DNA of 64,000 nt from Alphaproteobacteria bacterium. GTDB taxonomy: Bacteria; Pseudomonadota; Alphaproteobacteria; RF32; CAG-239. Position 1 is the stretch's first letter. Each line of letters begins with the position of its first letter. Below are positions 18,807 to 29,002 of the stretch, piece after piece. Both the position numbers and the translations under genes were made by a program. The notes under the pieces were generated by a model. It worked only from the letters and a program-made list of their open reading frames with translations. It had not been told where the DNA came from and made no database searches. The stretch covers positions 1,726-65,725 of the forward strand of contig SUUV01000002.1 in assembly GCA_015062345.1 (NCBI GenBank), read 5' to 3'.

Positions 18807-20042
18807 ATGATGTCCGGATTTATAAGAAAAATACTGATGCTGACGGCTTTGGTATGTTTTTTTGTATTTACGGCTGTGTCGCAAGTTTGTGCCGGAAATA
18901 TTACCAATATGCGTATAGGTCAACAAGTCGGCAGTGTCAGAATTGTTTTTGAGGCCGATAAAGCATTTGATTACAAGGCATTTTTGCTTAATGACCCTAA
19001 ACGATTGGTTGTTGATATATTCAATATGGATATTAAAAAAACTTTGCAAAGTGATGATAATAACCTGATTGCAAATACCAGAGTCGGAAAACTTGACGGC
19101 AATAATAAACGAGTTGTTTTTGATTTGAAAAAACCGGCTATAATCAAAAAGGCATTTATGCTCAAACCGCAAAGTAATATGAAATGGCGTTTTGTTGTTG
19201 ATGTTATGCTGTGTTCCGAGCGAGATTATAAAGCAAAAGTAGGTGCAAAGCACGCTCTTTCAAGCAATTCGGATAACGAAACAAAAATTGCTTCAACTTC
19301 ATCGGATTGGTTTTTTGATACAAAATCCGATATTAAATCCAAACCGCGTAAAAAGATAATTGTTCTTGACCCCGGACATGGTGGTAAAGATCCCGGAGCA
19401 ATTGGTGCATATGGAAAAACATATGAAAAAAACATTACCTTAGCAATGGGAAAAGAACTCAAAGCAATGCTTGAGAAAAAAGGTTATACGGTATATTTGA
19501 CCCGAAGTACCGATGTTTTTATTCCGTTGCGCCAACGAGTTAAAATTGCACAAAAATATAAAGCGGATTTGTTTATGTCGATTCATGCTGATAGTGCCTT
19601 AAACCGAAACGCGAAAGGTTTGTCGGTTTATACATTGTCTGAAAAAGCATCTGACAAAGAAGCAGCTGCTTTGGCTGAACGGGAAAATAAGGTTGATATA
19701 ATAGGCGGAGTTGATTTTTCGGAAAATTCCAAAGAAATTAATGATATTCTGATTTCATTGTCACAAACCGACAGTCGTAATAAATCATCTAAGTTTGCAA
19801 CATACATTGTTAATGAGATGAAAAAATCGGTTAAGCTGTTAAATGATACGCACCGATTTGCCGGATTTGCCGTGTTGAAAGCTCCCGATATTCCGTCGGC
19901 ACTTTTGGAAATGGGATATTTATCCAACAAATCGGAAGAAAGCTTGTTAAAACAAAGCTCCTATCGTAAAAAATTGGCCACATCGGTTACGCAGGCTATT
20001 GATAAATATTTTAATGACCCTGAAATTGCTGCATTATATTAA
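18807..20042 (+). CDS. amiC: N-acetylmuramoyl-L-alanine amidase (AMIN plus Amidase_3)
   Basis: LDPGHGGKDPGA, SIHAD, LLEMGYLSN; signal peptide; exact start uncertain. Confidence 0.9.
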   Translation: MMSGFIRKILMLTALVCFFVFTAVSQVCAGNITNMRIGQQVGSVRIVFEADKAFDYKAFLLNDPKRLVVDIFNMDIKKTLQSDDNNLIANTRVGKLDGNNKRVVFDLKKPAIIKKAFMLKPQSNMKWRFVVDVMLCSERDYKAKVGAKHALSSNSDNETKIASTSSDWFFDTKSDIKSKPRKKIIVLDPGHGGKDPGAIGAYGKTYEKNITLAMGKELKAMLEKKGYTVYLTRSTDVFIPLRQRVKIAQKYKADLFMSIHADSALNRNAKGLSVYTLSEKASDKEAAALAERENKVDIIGGVDFSENSKEINDILISLSQTDSRNKSSKFATYIVNEMKKSVKLLNDTHRFAGFAVLKAPDIPSALLEMGYLSNKSEESLLKQSSYRKKLATSVTQAIDKYFNDPEIAALY

Positions 20043-20131
20043 ATGTTCATAACTTTTTGAAAAATTGATTTGCATTTTATTTTATATGTTATAAAGTGGC
20101 ATAAAATGATAATGATGTAGAGAATACCCAT

Positions 20132-22558
20132 ATGTTTAAAATTTTTACCGCATTGGTCAGTGCCGGAATGTTTTTTGCCACACTTGCTTTGGTGGCAATG
20201 ATTGTATTTTTCAGTAAGCTCAGTGTTGAACTTCCTGATTATAGGCAATTGGCAAAATATGAACCTGCGGTTACAACTCGTCTGTTTGCAGGTGATGGTC
20301 AGCTCTTGATGGAATATGCGGCTGAAAAGCGTTTGTTTGTGCCTGTTGATAAAATTCCTGCTCGAGTCAAACAAGCTTTTATTGCTGCCGAAGATAAGCA
20401 TTTTTATTCGCATGGCGGAATAGATTTTATCGGCATTGCAAGAGCCATAATCAACAATTTGAAAAATTTGGGCAAAGGTCGTCGTCCTGCCGGTGCTTCA
20501 ACCATTACGCAACAGGTAGCTAAAAACTTTTTGCTCAGTTCGGAAGTTTCTTATATTCGAAAAATTAAAGAGGCAATTTTGGCGCATCGTATGAATAAGG
20601 CCTTTACCAAAGACCATGTGCTTGAATTGTACTTAAACGAAATCTATCTCGGAAATCGGTCTTATGGCGTGGCTGCTGCGGCTTTGAATTATTTTAACAA
20701 GTCGTTGGACGAGTTAACATTGGAAGAAATAGGCTATTTGGCAGCTTTGCCCAAAGGACCTAACAATTATCACCCTAAGAAAAAATATGATGCGGCCGTG
20801 GCACGACGAAATTGGGTAATCGGCAGAATGGTAGAAGACGGGTATGTCACAAAAGAAGAAGCCGATATTGCAAAATCTAAACCGTTGGTCACAACGGACA
20901 GAAAAACAGGCTTTCTAAAAGATGCCGAATATTACAGTGAAGAAGTAAGAAGAACTATATCTCACAACTTAGGTGATGATGCTTTGTATGAAGGCGGGCT
21001 GATTGTCAGAACAACCATCAATCCTCAAATTCAGTCCATGGCGACCAAAGCTTTCAGAAAAGGCCTGATAGACTACGATGTAAGACACGGTTATAAAGGT
21101 GCAACTCATAAAATTACCTTAGATGAGAACTACAAACAAACTCTTGACGATGTTGTGCTTGAAAAAGGGGCTCAACCCACATGGCAAAAAGCTGTGGTCT
21201 TGGAAGTTGAAAAATCAAAAGCAAAAATTGAAACAGAAGATGAGTTAACCGCACATATATATCTTGAAGACATTGCTTGGGCAAGACCTCGATTAAAAAA
21301 TAACGGTATCGGAGCAGTGCCGACCGATGTGTCAAAAGTTTTAAATGTCGGTGATGTTATATATGTTGAAAAACTTGACAATTCTAAGACCAAAAACGAC
21401 GATGCTTATGCTTTAAGACAAGTTCCCGATGTTGAAGGTGCTATGGTGGTAATTGACCCGCATACCGGAAAAGTGCTTGCATTGGTAGGTGGGTTTGATT
21501 TTAAAAAATCTCAATTTAATCGTGCCACACAGGCATATCGTCAAACAGGTTCATCGTTTAAGCCGTTTGTATATTTAACGGCTTTGGAAATGGGATATTC
21601 CCCAAATGATTTGATTTTAGATGCTCCGTTTGTATTGGATCAAGGAGTGGGACAACCCAAATGGAAACCCGCAAACTATTCTAAAAAGTTTTACGGGCTT
21701 ATGACACTTCGTCAGGGAATTGAGCAATCTAAAAATTTGATGACAGTTCGTTTGGCACAAGATATCGGTATGGATAAAGTGGCCGAAATGACTAAAAGAG
21801 TTGGTATAAATGACAATTTACCGCAATATTTGTCTTCATCATTGGGCTCTGCCGATGCCAGAGTTTTGGATATGACAAGCGCTTATGCCATAATTGTTAA
21901 CGGCGGTAAAAAGGTTAGTCCGCATTTAATTGAGCGCATTCAGGACCGTAGCGGAAAAACCATATACAAATATGATGAGTTTGATTGTATGGAGTGTTAT
22001 GCCGACAAATGGGAAAATCAGGAGGCTCCGATAAAGCCTGATTTGAGAGAACAAATTATTGATCCGCTTACAGCATATCAAATGACTTCCATTTTAGAAG
22101 GTGTTGCCGTAAGGGGAACAGGTGCAAAATTAAGAAGCTTAAATAAGCATTTAGCCGGAAAAACCGGTACAACCAATGACAACAAAGATGCTTGGTTTAT
22201 CGGATTTTCGCCTGATTTGGTGGCCGGAATTTATGTAGGATATGATGAACCTGTAAGTTTAGGTCGTTATGAAACCGGTGCATCTGCTGCACTTCCCATA
22301 TTTTATGATTTTATGAAAGAAGCCTTAAAAGATGTTCCTGATTATGATTTCAGAATACCGGCAGGAATAAAGCTCGTGCGTATAAATCCTAAAACCGGTA
22401 AATTATCTGAGCCAACCGATAAAACGGTTATTGTTGAAGCTATTAAACCTGATTATAGTTTTGATGCTTCAAAACAAAGAGTTGTCGGAAAAGACAAAGA
22501 AGATATGATGATTATTGACAATCAAGACACCGGACTTCAGGTCGGCGGAGAATATTAG
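20132..22558 (+). CDS. mrcA: Penicillin-binding protein 1A
   Basis: EDKHFYSHGG, GASTITQQVAKN, SSFK, SKN, KTGT motifs. Confidence 0.95.
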   Translation: MFKIFTALVSAGMFFATLALVAMIVFFSKLSVELPDYRQLAKYEPAVTTRLFAGDGQLLMEYAAEKRLFVPVDKIPARVKQAFIAAEDKHFYSHGGIDFIGIARAIINNLKNLGKGRRPAGASTITQQVAKNFLLSSEVSYIRKIKEAILAHRMNKAFTKDHVLELYLNEIYLGNRSYGVAAAALNYFNKSLDELTLEEIGYLAALPKGPNNYHPKKKYDAAVARRNWVIGRMVEDGYVTKEEADIAKSKPLVTTDRKTGFLKDAEYYSEEVRRTISHNLGDDALYEGGLIVRTTINPQIQSMATKAFRKGLIDYDVRHGYKGATHKITLDENYKQTLDDVVLEKGAQPTWQKAVVLEVEKSKAKIETEDELTAHIYLEDIAWARPRLKNNGIGAVPTDVSKVLNVGDVIYVEKLDNSKTKNDDAYALRQVPDVEGAMVVIDPHTGKVLALVGGFDFKKSQFNRATQAYRQTGSSFKPFVYLTALEMGYSPNDLILDAPFVLDQGVGQPKWKPANYSKKFYGLMTLRQGIEQSKNLMTVRLAQDIGMDKVAEMTKRVGINDNLPQYLSSSLGSADARVLDMTSAYAIIVNGGKKVSPHLIERIQDRSGKTIYKYDEFDCMECYADKWENQEAPIKPDLREQIIDPLTAYQMTSILEGVAVRGTGAKLRSLNKHLAGKTGTTNDNKDAWFIGFSPDLVAGIYVGYDEPVSLGRYETGASAALPIFYDFMKEALKDVPDYDFRIPAGIKLVRINPKTGKLSEPTDKTVIVEAIKPDYSFDASKQRVVGKDKEDMMIIDNQDTGLQVGGEY

Positions 22559-22566
22559 AGGTAAAT

Positions 22567-23671
22567 ATGAAAGCAGAATTTGTAAACATAATTGAGAAAA
22601 TCAAGCAGTCTTTAGCACTGCTGAGGAGGTCTCTTTGATTATGATAATGCACTTTTAAGATTGGAAGAACTTAATGCTTTGAGTGAAAATCCCGATTTGT
22701 GGAGTGATTCTCAAAAAGCCTTAAAAATCACCGGTGAAAAAAACAGATTGGAAGATGCCTTAAAATCTTTTGATTTAATGAACAATAGCCTGATCGATTA
22801 TGAAGAAATGGCCGTTCTTTCGGAAGATGATGAAGAAATGCAAAATGAAATTTTTTCACTTTTGGAAAATCTGCAATCTGATGTTGCAATTGCCGAAATT
22901 GAAGCACTGTTTTCAGGTGAAGCAGATGCTAATGATGCTTATGTTGAAATTCATGCCGGAAGCGGTGGAACAGAAGCGCAAGATTGGGCTGAGATGCTTT
23001 TAAGAATGTATATCAGATGGGCTGAAAAAAGAAAATTTAAGGTAGAATATCAAGAAGAAACTGAAGGTGATGTTGCCGGTATTAAATCGGTTACAATAAA
23101 AATAGGCGGACACAATGCATACGGTTGGCTAAAATATGAAAGCGGTGTGCATCGACTTGTCCGAATTTCACCTTTTGACAGTGCAGGAAGGCGACACACC
23201 AGTTTTGCATCGGTAAATGTGTTTCCGGTTATTGATGATAAAATTGAAATCAATATTAATGAGGCTGATTGTCGTATTGATACATACAGAGCATCGGGTG
23301 CCGGCGGACAACATATCAATAAGACCGATTCGGCAGTCCGAATTACTCACATCCCTACCGGAATTGTCGTACAAAGCCAAAATCAGCGCTCGCAATTTCA
23401 AAACAGAGATAATGCTTGGAAAATGCTTAAAGCCAGATTATATGAATTGGAGATGAAAAAGCGGGAAGATATAGCCAGTGAACAACGAGATAATCAAGGC
23501 GATAACGGTTGGGGATATCAAATCAGGTCATATGTTTTGCAACCGTACCGCATGGTAAAAGATTTGCGTACAGAGGTTGAAACTTCCGATTGTAAAGCAG
23601 TATTGGACGGTGATATAGATATGTTTTTGCAAGCCGCATTGTCAGATAAGGTCGGGAAAGATAAAAATTAA
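22567..23671 (+). CDS. prfB: Peptide chain release factor 2 (programmed +1 frameshift)
   Basis: ORF1 MKAEFVNIIEKIKQSLALLRRSL ends CTT TGA (22633-22638); the +1 frame continues into the SPF and GGQ motifs. Confidence 0.96.
22624..22639 (+). promoter_or_regulatory. prfB frameshift signal
   Basis: AGGAGG-TCT-CTT-TGA-T: internal SD plus slippery CTT TGA. Confidence 0.93.
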
Positions 23672-26600
23672 TGAAAAAGATATCCGGTAAAGCATATTTT
23701 TTCAAAAAAACAGTCGATTATATAGGAGTCGGTCTGCTGCTTTTTTTGTTGTATATGCTATGGATTTTGTACAAGGGTCCGCTATCGGTAGATTTTTTGA
23801 AACCTTACATTATACAGGCCTTAAATTCGCAGGATACGGAATATTCAATGAATATCGGTAAAGTGAATTTGGAGTTGGTTCGTTCAATTCAGCCGGTAAA
23901 AATTATAGCAAAAGATGTGGTTTTAAGAAAAAATGATGATAAATTTTCCATTCAGGCACCAAGCTTGTCTTTGTCGTTTAGTGTGAGGGCATTGCTAAAA
24001 GGAATTATTGCGCCTTCAAATGTTTCGGTTGAAAAACCCAAAATGGCAATTTTTACGACTTATGGTGTTGATAAAGAAAAAACCAATGAAGTTAACAAGA
24101 AAAAAGTGGAATATTATATTGATTGGTACGAAGGTTTTTTGGAACGGTTTAATTCTGATGAGATGATATATCCGGAAAGTTTTATCAATAAGATAGAAGT
24201 TAATCATGCCGAAGTTGAGTTTCATGAGGTAGATTTGGGCCGAAAGCAAAGTTTTAAGGAAGTTAATGTTGATTTTAATCGAAATATTGCAGACTTAGAG
24301 CTTGCAATTTCAGGTTTGTTGGATAAGTCGGACCGTCTTGTTACATTAGGCTTAAAAGGTGATTATAACATTTTAAAAAATAAACTTAATTTAGATTTTG
24401 TTTTTTCCGATTTTGAAGTCTCTGACTTTTTGAATACCGGCAATGAAAATATTTTGCGTATTGATGTGCCGATAGACGGCAAAATCAGTACAAAAATTGA
24501 TTTTGCTAAAATTATTGATAACAAAGAAGATGTTTTGGAGCATCTGGACACCATAGTCGGCAATATAGATTTTAAGGTCAATGGTGGTGACGGACAAGTA
24601 ATATTTAACAATCAGGAAAAGTTTAATTATGACATAGATTCTTTTGTTTTAGAAGGTAATATTGCCGGTGGGCTAGATGCGGTTATCATTAATAATGCCG
24701 ATTTTGAAACGGCCGGTCAAAAAACTCGTTTAAGCTTAGATGTATCCGGATATAAAAAATATTTTTTCGAGAACTCGCTTGCCGATTTAAAAATTATTTT
24801 CACCTCTGAAATTGAAAAATTCAAATTGGCGGACTTATCGAAGTTTTGGCCCAGATATTTGGCAGAGCCGGCTTGGCAATGGTGTAAAGACCATCTTATC
24901 GGCGGGCAGGCCCAAAACGGAAAATTTGTTTTTAAGTTTAATTATGATGAAAACAAAAATAATTTGAGCCTTTCGTCATTAGACGGTATGGCAGATTTAA
25001 TCGACGGCGATTTAACATATCTTGAGGGTATGCCGGTAGTTAATCATGTTTACGGGGTGGCAAAATTTAATAATTCTTCAATTGATATTGACATTGATAA
25101 AGGTGTGTCAGACGGAGTTTTGGTCAACAAAGGCAGAGTGTTGCTTTATGATTTAAACAAAGAGCACAGCTACATTGATATCCGAATTGACGGCAATTCA
25201 TCTGTTGCAGATGCGTTAAAGTTTATTGACAATCCGCCGTTAAATTTTGCTTCAGGTATGGGGATAAATCCTCAAGATGTTTTGGGTGATGTAGATATTC
25301 AATTAGGACTAAATTTTGAATTGCATCGAAATTTAACCGCCCAAGAAATAAATGTTGATGTTAAAGCCGATTTGAAAGATGTCAGGATAAAAAACATAGT
25401 TGATAACAAAGATTTAACCGCCGACAAACTTAATGTGGAAGTTAACTCAAAAGGTTTTATTGTTATCGGTGATGCGATGTTTGATAAAGTTAATCTCAAT
25501 TTGTTTATAAATGAAACTTTTGCCAACAAAACATACAAAAGCAAAGCCAAAATTTCTTTTAAACTTAATGATGAAGTTAAGAAACAATTAGGTATTGACA
25601 GTTCTATTTTAAATCCGCCTTATATCAACGGATATGCGGATATAACTTCGGATATTACGGTGTTAAACAATGATACCATTGTTTTAGATGTTAATGCGGA
25701 TATCACCAATGCACAAATTGATTATAGCTTTTTAGGATTTAAAAAGGATAAAGGTCAAAAAGGCAACATTAAAACCACAATAGAATTGGAACAAACAAAA
25801 GTAAGATCTGTTCCGTCGTTTAGTTTGACCAAAGATGATTTTTCATTGAACGGAAACCTAAAACTTGATAACCATGGCAGAATTAAAGAAATTGATATCA
25901 CGGATATTAAAGGCCCCAAAACTTCGGCGGCAGCAAAAATTGATATCAGTTATGCTCCAAAGAAAAAGGCCAAAATAAATATTAGCGGTAACAGTTATGA
26001 TTTGAATACTTTGTTTGATAAAAAAGAAAAAGCTCGTAAAGAAAGCAGTAAATCATCTGATGACAGCGGGTTTAAAAATGCAATAGATTCCGAAATTTTT
26101 ATTGCGGTGAACAGTTTGTGGACCAATCCTGATACACCGATTAAAAATTTTGCCGGAAGTGCCATCATTAAAAACGGTATTGGGCTTGACCAAATACATA
26201 TGGTCGGAAACTACGGTACGGATAAGTCTATAAAACTAAAATTAGATTATGTACCCAAACCGAGTGGTGAGCATATATTGTCAATAGATTCCAACAATGC
26301 GGGAAGCACATTAAGAGTGTTGCGTTTGTATGAAAATATGCACGGCGGTATTTTAAAAATTGAGGGCAAACATTCTCAAGACAACGACTTTATCGGTCAT
26401 GCCAAGATACGAGATTTTAGCATTAAAAACACTCCTTTGTTGGCAAAATTGTTAACGGTGGCATCGTTTAGCGGTATTCTTGATTTATTAAGAGGTGAGG
26501 GAATTTATTTTTCGCATTTTGATGCTCCGTTTGAGTATACAAATAAAACACTTAAAATAAAAGAAGCAAAAATGTTCGGCAATGTTATAGGTTTTACCAC

Positions 26601-26862
26601 AAACGGCTCGTATAATGTGTCATCGGAACAACTTAATTTGAAAGGAATTATATCTCCTGCTTACAGCCTAAATTCTTTTATCGGTAAAATTCCGTTTGTA
26701 GGTTCGGTTTTGGCCGGTAAAGATGGCACGGTAATTGCGGCAAATTATACAATTGACGGAAGTTTATCCGACCCGCAAATTGCCATTAATCCGCTGTCGA
26801 TGTTTAGCCCCAATTCGTTAAAAGATTTATTGTCATCAGCCTTTGGAGGCAGTGATGAATAA
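23671..26862 (+). CDS. AsmA-like/DUF3971 (YhdP-family) bridge protein
   Basis: N-terminal TM, beta-rich 1063 aa, FWP...P.WQW motif, C-terminal G...PAYSLNSFIGKIP...INPLSM. Confidence 0.75.
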   Translation: MKKISGKAYFFKKTVDYIGVGLLLFLLYMLWILYKGPLSVDFLKPYIIQALNSQDTEYSMNIGKVNLELVRSIQPVKIIAKDVVLRKNDDKFSIQAPSLSLSFSVRALLKGIIAPSNVSVEKPKMAIFTTYGVDKEKTNEVNKKKVEYYIDWYEGFLERFNSDEMIYPESFINKIEVNHAEVEFHEVDLGRKQSFKEVNVDFNRNIADLELAISGLLDKSDRLVTLGLKGDYNILKNKLNLDFVFSDFEVSDFLNTGNENILRIDVPIDGKISTKIDFAKIIDNKEDVLEHLDTIVGNIDFKVNGGDGQVIFNNQEKFNYDIDSFVLEGNIAGGLDAVIINNADFETAGQKTRLSLDVSGYKKYFFENSLADLKIIFTSEIEKFKLADLSKFWPRYLAEPAWQWCKDHLIGGQAQNGKFVFKFNYDENKNNLSLSSLDGMADLIDGDLTYLEGMPVVNHVYGVAKFNNSSIDIDIDKGVSDGVLVNKGRVLLYDLNKEHSYIDIRIDGNSSVADALKFIDNPPLNFASGMGINPQDVLGDVDIQLGLNFELHRNLTAQEINVDVKADLKDVRIKNIVDNKDLTADKLNVEVNSKGFIVIGDAMFDKVNLNLFINETFANKTYKSKAKISFKLNDEVKKQLGIDSSILNPPYINGYADITSDITVLNNDTIVLDVNADITNAQIDYSFLGFKKDKGQKGNIKTTIELEQTKVRSVPSFSLTKDDFSLNGNLKLDNHGRIKEIDITDIKGPKTSAAAKIDISYAPKKKAKINISGNSYDLNTLFDKKEKARKESSKSSDDSGFKNAIDSEIFIAVNSLWTNPDTPIKNFAGSAIIKNGIGLDQIHMVGNYGTDKSIKLKLDYVPKPSGEHILSIDSNNAGSTLRVLRLYENMHGGILKIEGKHSQDNDFIGHAKIRDFSIKNTPLLAKLLTVASFSGILDLLRGEGIYFSHFDAPFEYTNKTLKIKEAKMFGNVIGFTTNGSYNVSSEQLNLKGIISPAYSLNSFIGKIPFVGSVLAGKDGTVIAANYTIDGSLSDPQIAINPLSMFSPNSLKDLLSSAFGGSDE

Positions 26863-27325
26863 AAAATTTAAAATCGGGATAGATTATCATGGCGTAATCA
26901 CCGCTAATCCGGATTTTTTTAAAAAATTTAACCGCTATGCGTTGGATAATAATTGTTTGATATATGTTATCAGCGGCGGGCATACAAAAGATATTGAAAA
27001 ATATTTAACCGAAAAACAGATATCATATTCTGCCATATGGTCAACACTTGACTATTATGATAAATTGCAAGAAGTGAGATATAACCAGGACGGAACATTT
27101 AAGGTTGATGACATATTGTGGGATAGCGCAAAAGCATTGTATTGTGCTCAAAATGATATCAATGTTCATATTGATGATTCGGTTGTTTACGGAAAATATT
27201 TCACAACTCCGTTTTGTTTGTATAATATCTTAGAAAAAAAATGCCTGATAAACGACAAATATATCAGCTTCAACCAAACACCTGAAAAAGTGCTTAAAAG
27301 CCTTCTTGATGTAACAAAAAAATAA
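26855..27325 (+). CDS. HAD-like hypothetical protein
   Basis: KIGIDYHGVI (motif I variant), ISG, K, HIDDS. Confidence 0.55.
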   Translation: MNKKFKIGIDYHGVITANPDFFKKFNRYALDNNCLIYVISGGHTKDIEKYLTEKQISYSAIWSTLDYYDKLQEVRYNQDGTFKVDDILWDSAKALYCAQNDINVHIDDSVVYGKYFTTPFCLYNILEKKCLINDKYISFNQTPEKVLKSLLDVTKK

Positions 27326-27370
27326 CGACGAAAGTATTAAAACTTCCGCCGTTAATGTCAGCAAAAAGTT

Positions 27371-27853
27371 TTATTCAGCTGTTGCATATAATGTATAAGT
27401 GCCTTCATACGAGCCTGCAGGATAGTTGGCAGGGATATGTAACATTCCACCAATTGATACGCCTTCACCACCAGCTCCAAGTTCATAAATACTATCTTCA
27501 TCAATATAAAACTCAAGCTGCGCTGCATCTTCACCTTCGCCTATCACCGGTCCAAATTCAGCTCGTTGTTCGGAATCTATATTTGAAAGAGAACTAAAAT
27601 CACCAGTGCATTCTGCATCTGTACCTCCTTCAGCAAAAACTGCCGCCCCGGTTACAGCACCACTTGTTGTTACGGTGGAAGGTTGACCATTTGTTTTTAT
27701 ATATATAGTACCAAGATTAAACTCTGAACAGTTTAATTCTTGTATGTGTTTAATAGTAGCATTAACTCCAATATTGCCTGTAACATCACTTGCGGCATTT
27801 GCCGTTGTTGTAATTAATATTGCCACAGCGCTCAAAAGAAAATATTTTCTCAT
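27371..27853 (-). CDS. Secreted DUF4402-like protein, family copy 4
   Basis: MRKYFLLSAVAIL, NCSEFNLGTIY, GGMLHIPANYPAGSYEGTYTL. Confidence 0.85.
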   Translation of the reverse strand: MRKYFLLSAVAILITTTANAASDVTGNIGVNATIKHIQELNCSEFNLGTIYIKTNGQPSTVTTSGAVTGAAVFAEGGTDAECTGDFSSLSNIDSEQRAEFGPVIGEGEDAAQLEFYIDEDSIYELGAGGEGVSIGGMLHIPANYPAGSYEGTYTLYATAE

Positions 27854-27886
27854 AATTTTAATCCTTAAAAATAGTTAAACTTAATT

Positions 27887-27986
27887 TGAAAGGTGTAGAA
27901 ATCACCTTTCACATCACATCATAAACCGTTTTTTTTTTTTGCAAGTAAAAAGAGTCTGTTTGTAGATTTAAATCAAAAATGATGTA
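27887..27986 (-). promoter_or_regulatory. Family promoter module, copy 4 (A12)
   Basis: T12 at 27929-27940, GAGTC at 27952. Confidence 0.8.
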
Positions 27987-28006
27987 GAGGTGTCTCTCTC
28001 ATCACC

Positions 28007-28208
28007 ATCATACCGATGCCCGAACTTTAGTTCGGAATAGACACCGGTATTCAGGGAATAAATAAAGCTATATTACCACCTGGACTCCGTGGTCAAGCCA
28101 CGGAGTGACAGTTAGGAGGTGGACTCCGGCATCAAGTGCCGGAGTGACAGTTAGGAGGCGGACTTCAGCATCAAGTGCCGGAGTGACAGTTAGGAGGCGG
28201 ACTCCGGT
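28007..28208. repeat. RPE/REP-like palindrome array C
   Basis: One full unit plus tandem 39-bp right-half hairpins, including the variant GGACTCCGTGGTCAAGCCACGGAGTGAC. Confidence 0.88.
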
Positions 28209-28263
28209 AATAATTGCTTACTAAAGTTATTAAGAGGTGATAAATATAAATTTGTTTGACTAT

Positions 28264-28332
28264 TACCTCAAAAATGATTAGATATCCACAATAGACTCTT
28301 TAAAATTGCAAAAAAAAAAAACGGTTTAGAAT
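28264..28332 (+). promoter_or_regulatory. Poly-A promoter of pilin 1 (A12), homologous to the family promoter
   Basis: TACCTCA..TGATT..ATCCACA.TAGACTC-7bp-TTGCAA (28306) - A tract 28310-28321 - CGGTT - TAGAAT (28327). Confidence 0.75.
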
Positions 28333-28363
28333 GTGAACAGAATATAATATATGGAGTTAGTTG

Positions 28364-28993
28364 ATGAGAAAAGTTTGTGAGCTTGGAAGAAGTATGGTTG
28401 AGATGTTAGGAGTTCTTGCCATAATCGGAGTTTTATCGGTTGGCGGAATTGCCGGTTACTCAAAAGCAATGATGAAACATAAAATGAACGAACATAGAGT
28501 TATGCTTAATTCTCTTATTAATACTCTATTTATGTATGCGGATAAAGTTATTTCTTTCAATAATAATTCTACAGAAACAGTAATCATTAGTGAAACATTT
28601 TATAAATCAGGTCTTTTGCCTGATGATGTTAGATTATATGAACATAGCACCGATTATTTAAGAGATGTTTTTAATAATTCTATTTGGTTATTTACTAATC
28701 CTTATGCTAAGCAAGTAGGAATGGGATATACCATTACCGGAAATGAAACAGGGCGAGAAATATGTGTAAATCTGATAAATGTAGCAAAGGAAAATTCGGC
28801 TAATTTGTTTCAAATCCTATCCGATAAAAATGATGGAAATGATAACTATACTACACATGGACGATACTATGGTGATAAATTTTGCACTCAGGATGTAAGT
28901 TGCATCAGAAATATAACTTTTAATGATATAGATATCTTATGTAACAATTGTTATGACCGCAGTTGCAGATTTTATACGGTTATAGCATACTAA
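28364..28993 (+). CDS. Type IV pilin-like protein 1
   Basis: G|RSMVEMLGVLAIIGVLSVGGIAGY prepilin helix with E+5; Cys-rich variable C-terminus. Confidence 0.85.
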   Translation: MRKVCELGRSMVEMLGVLAIIGVLSVGGIAGYSKAMMKHKMNEHRVMLNSLINTLFMYADKVISFNNNSTETVIISETFYKSGLLPDDVRLYEHSTDYLRDVFNNSIWLFTNPYAKQVGMGYTITGNETGREICVNLINVAKENSANLFQILSDKNDGNDNYTTHGRYYGDKFCTQDVSCIRNITFNDIDILCNNCYDRSCRFYTVIAY

Positions 28994-29002
28994 TTTCTTT
29001 TA

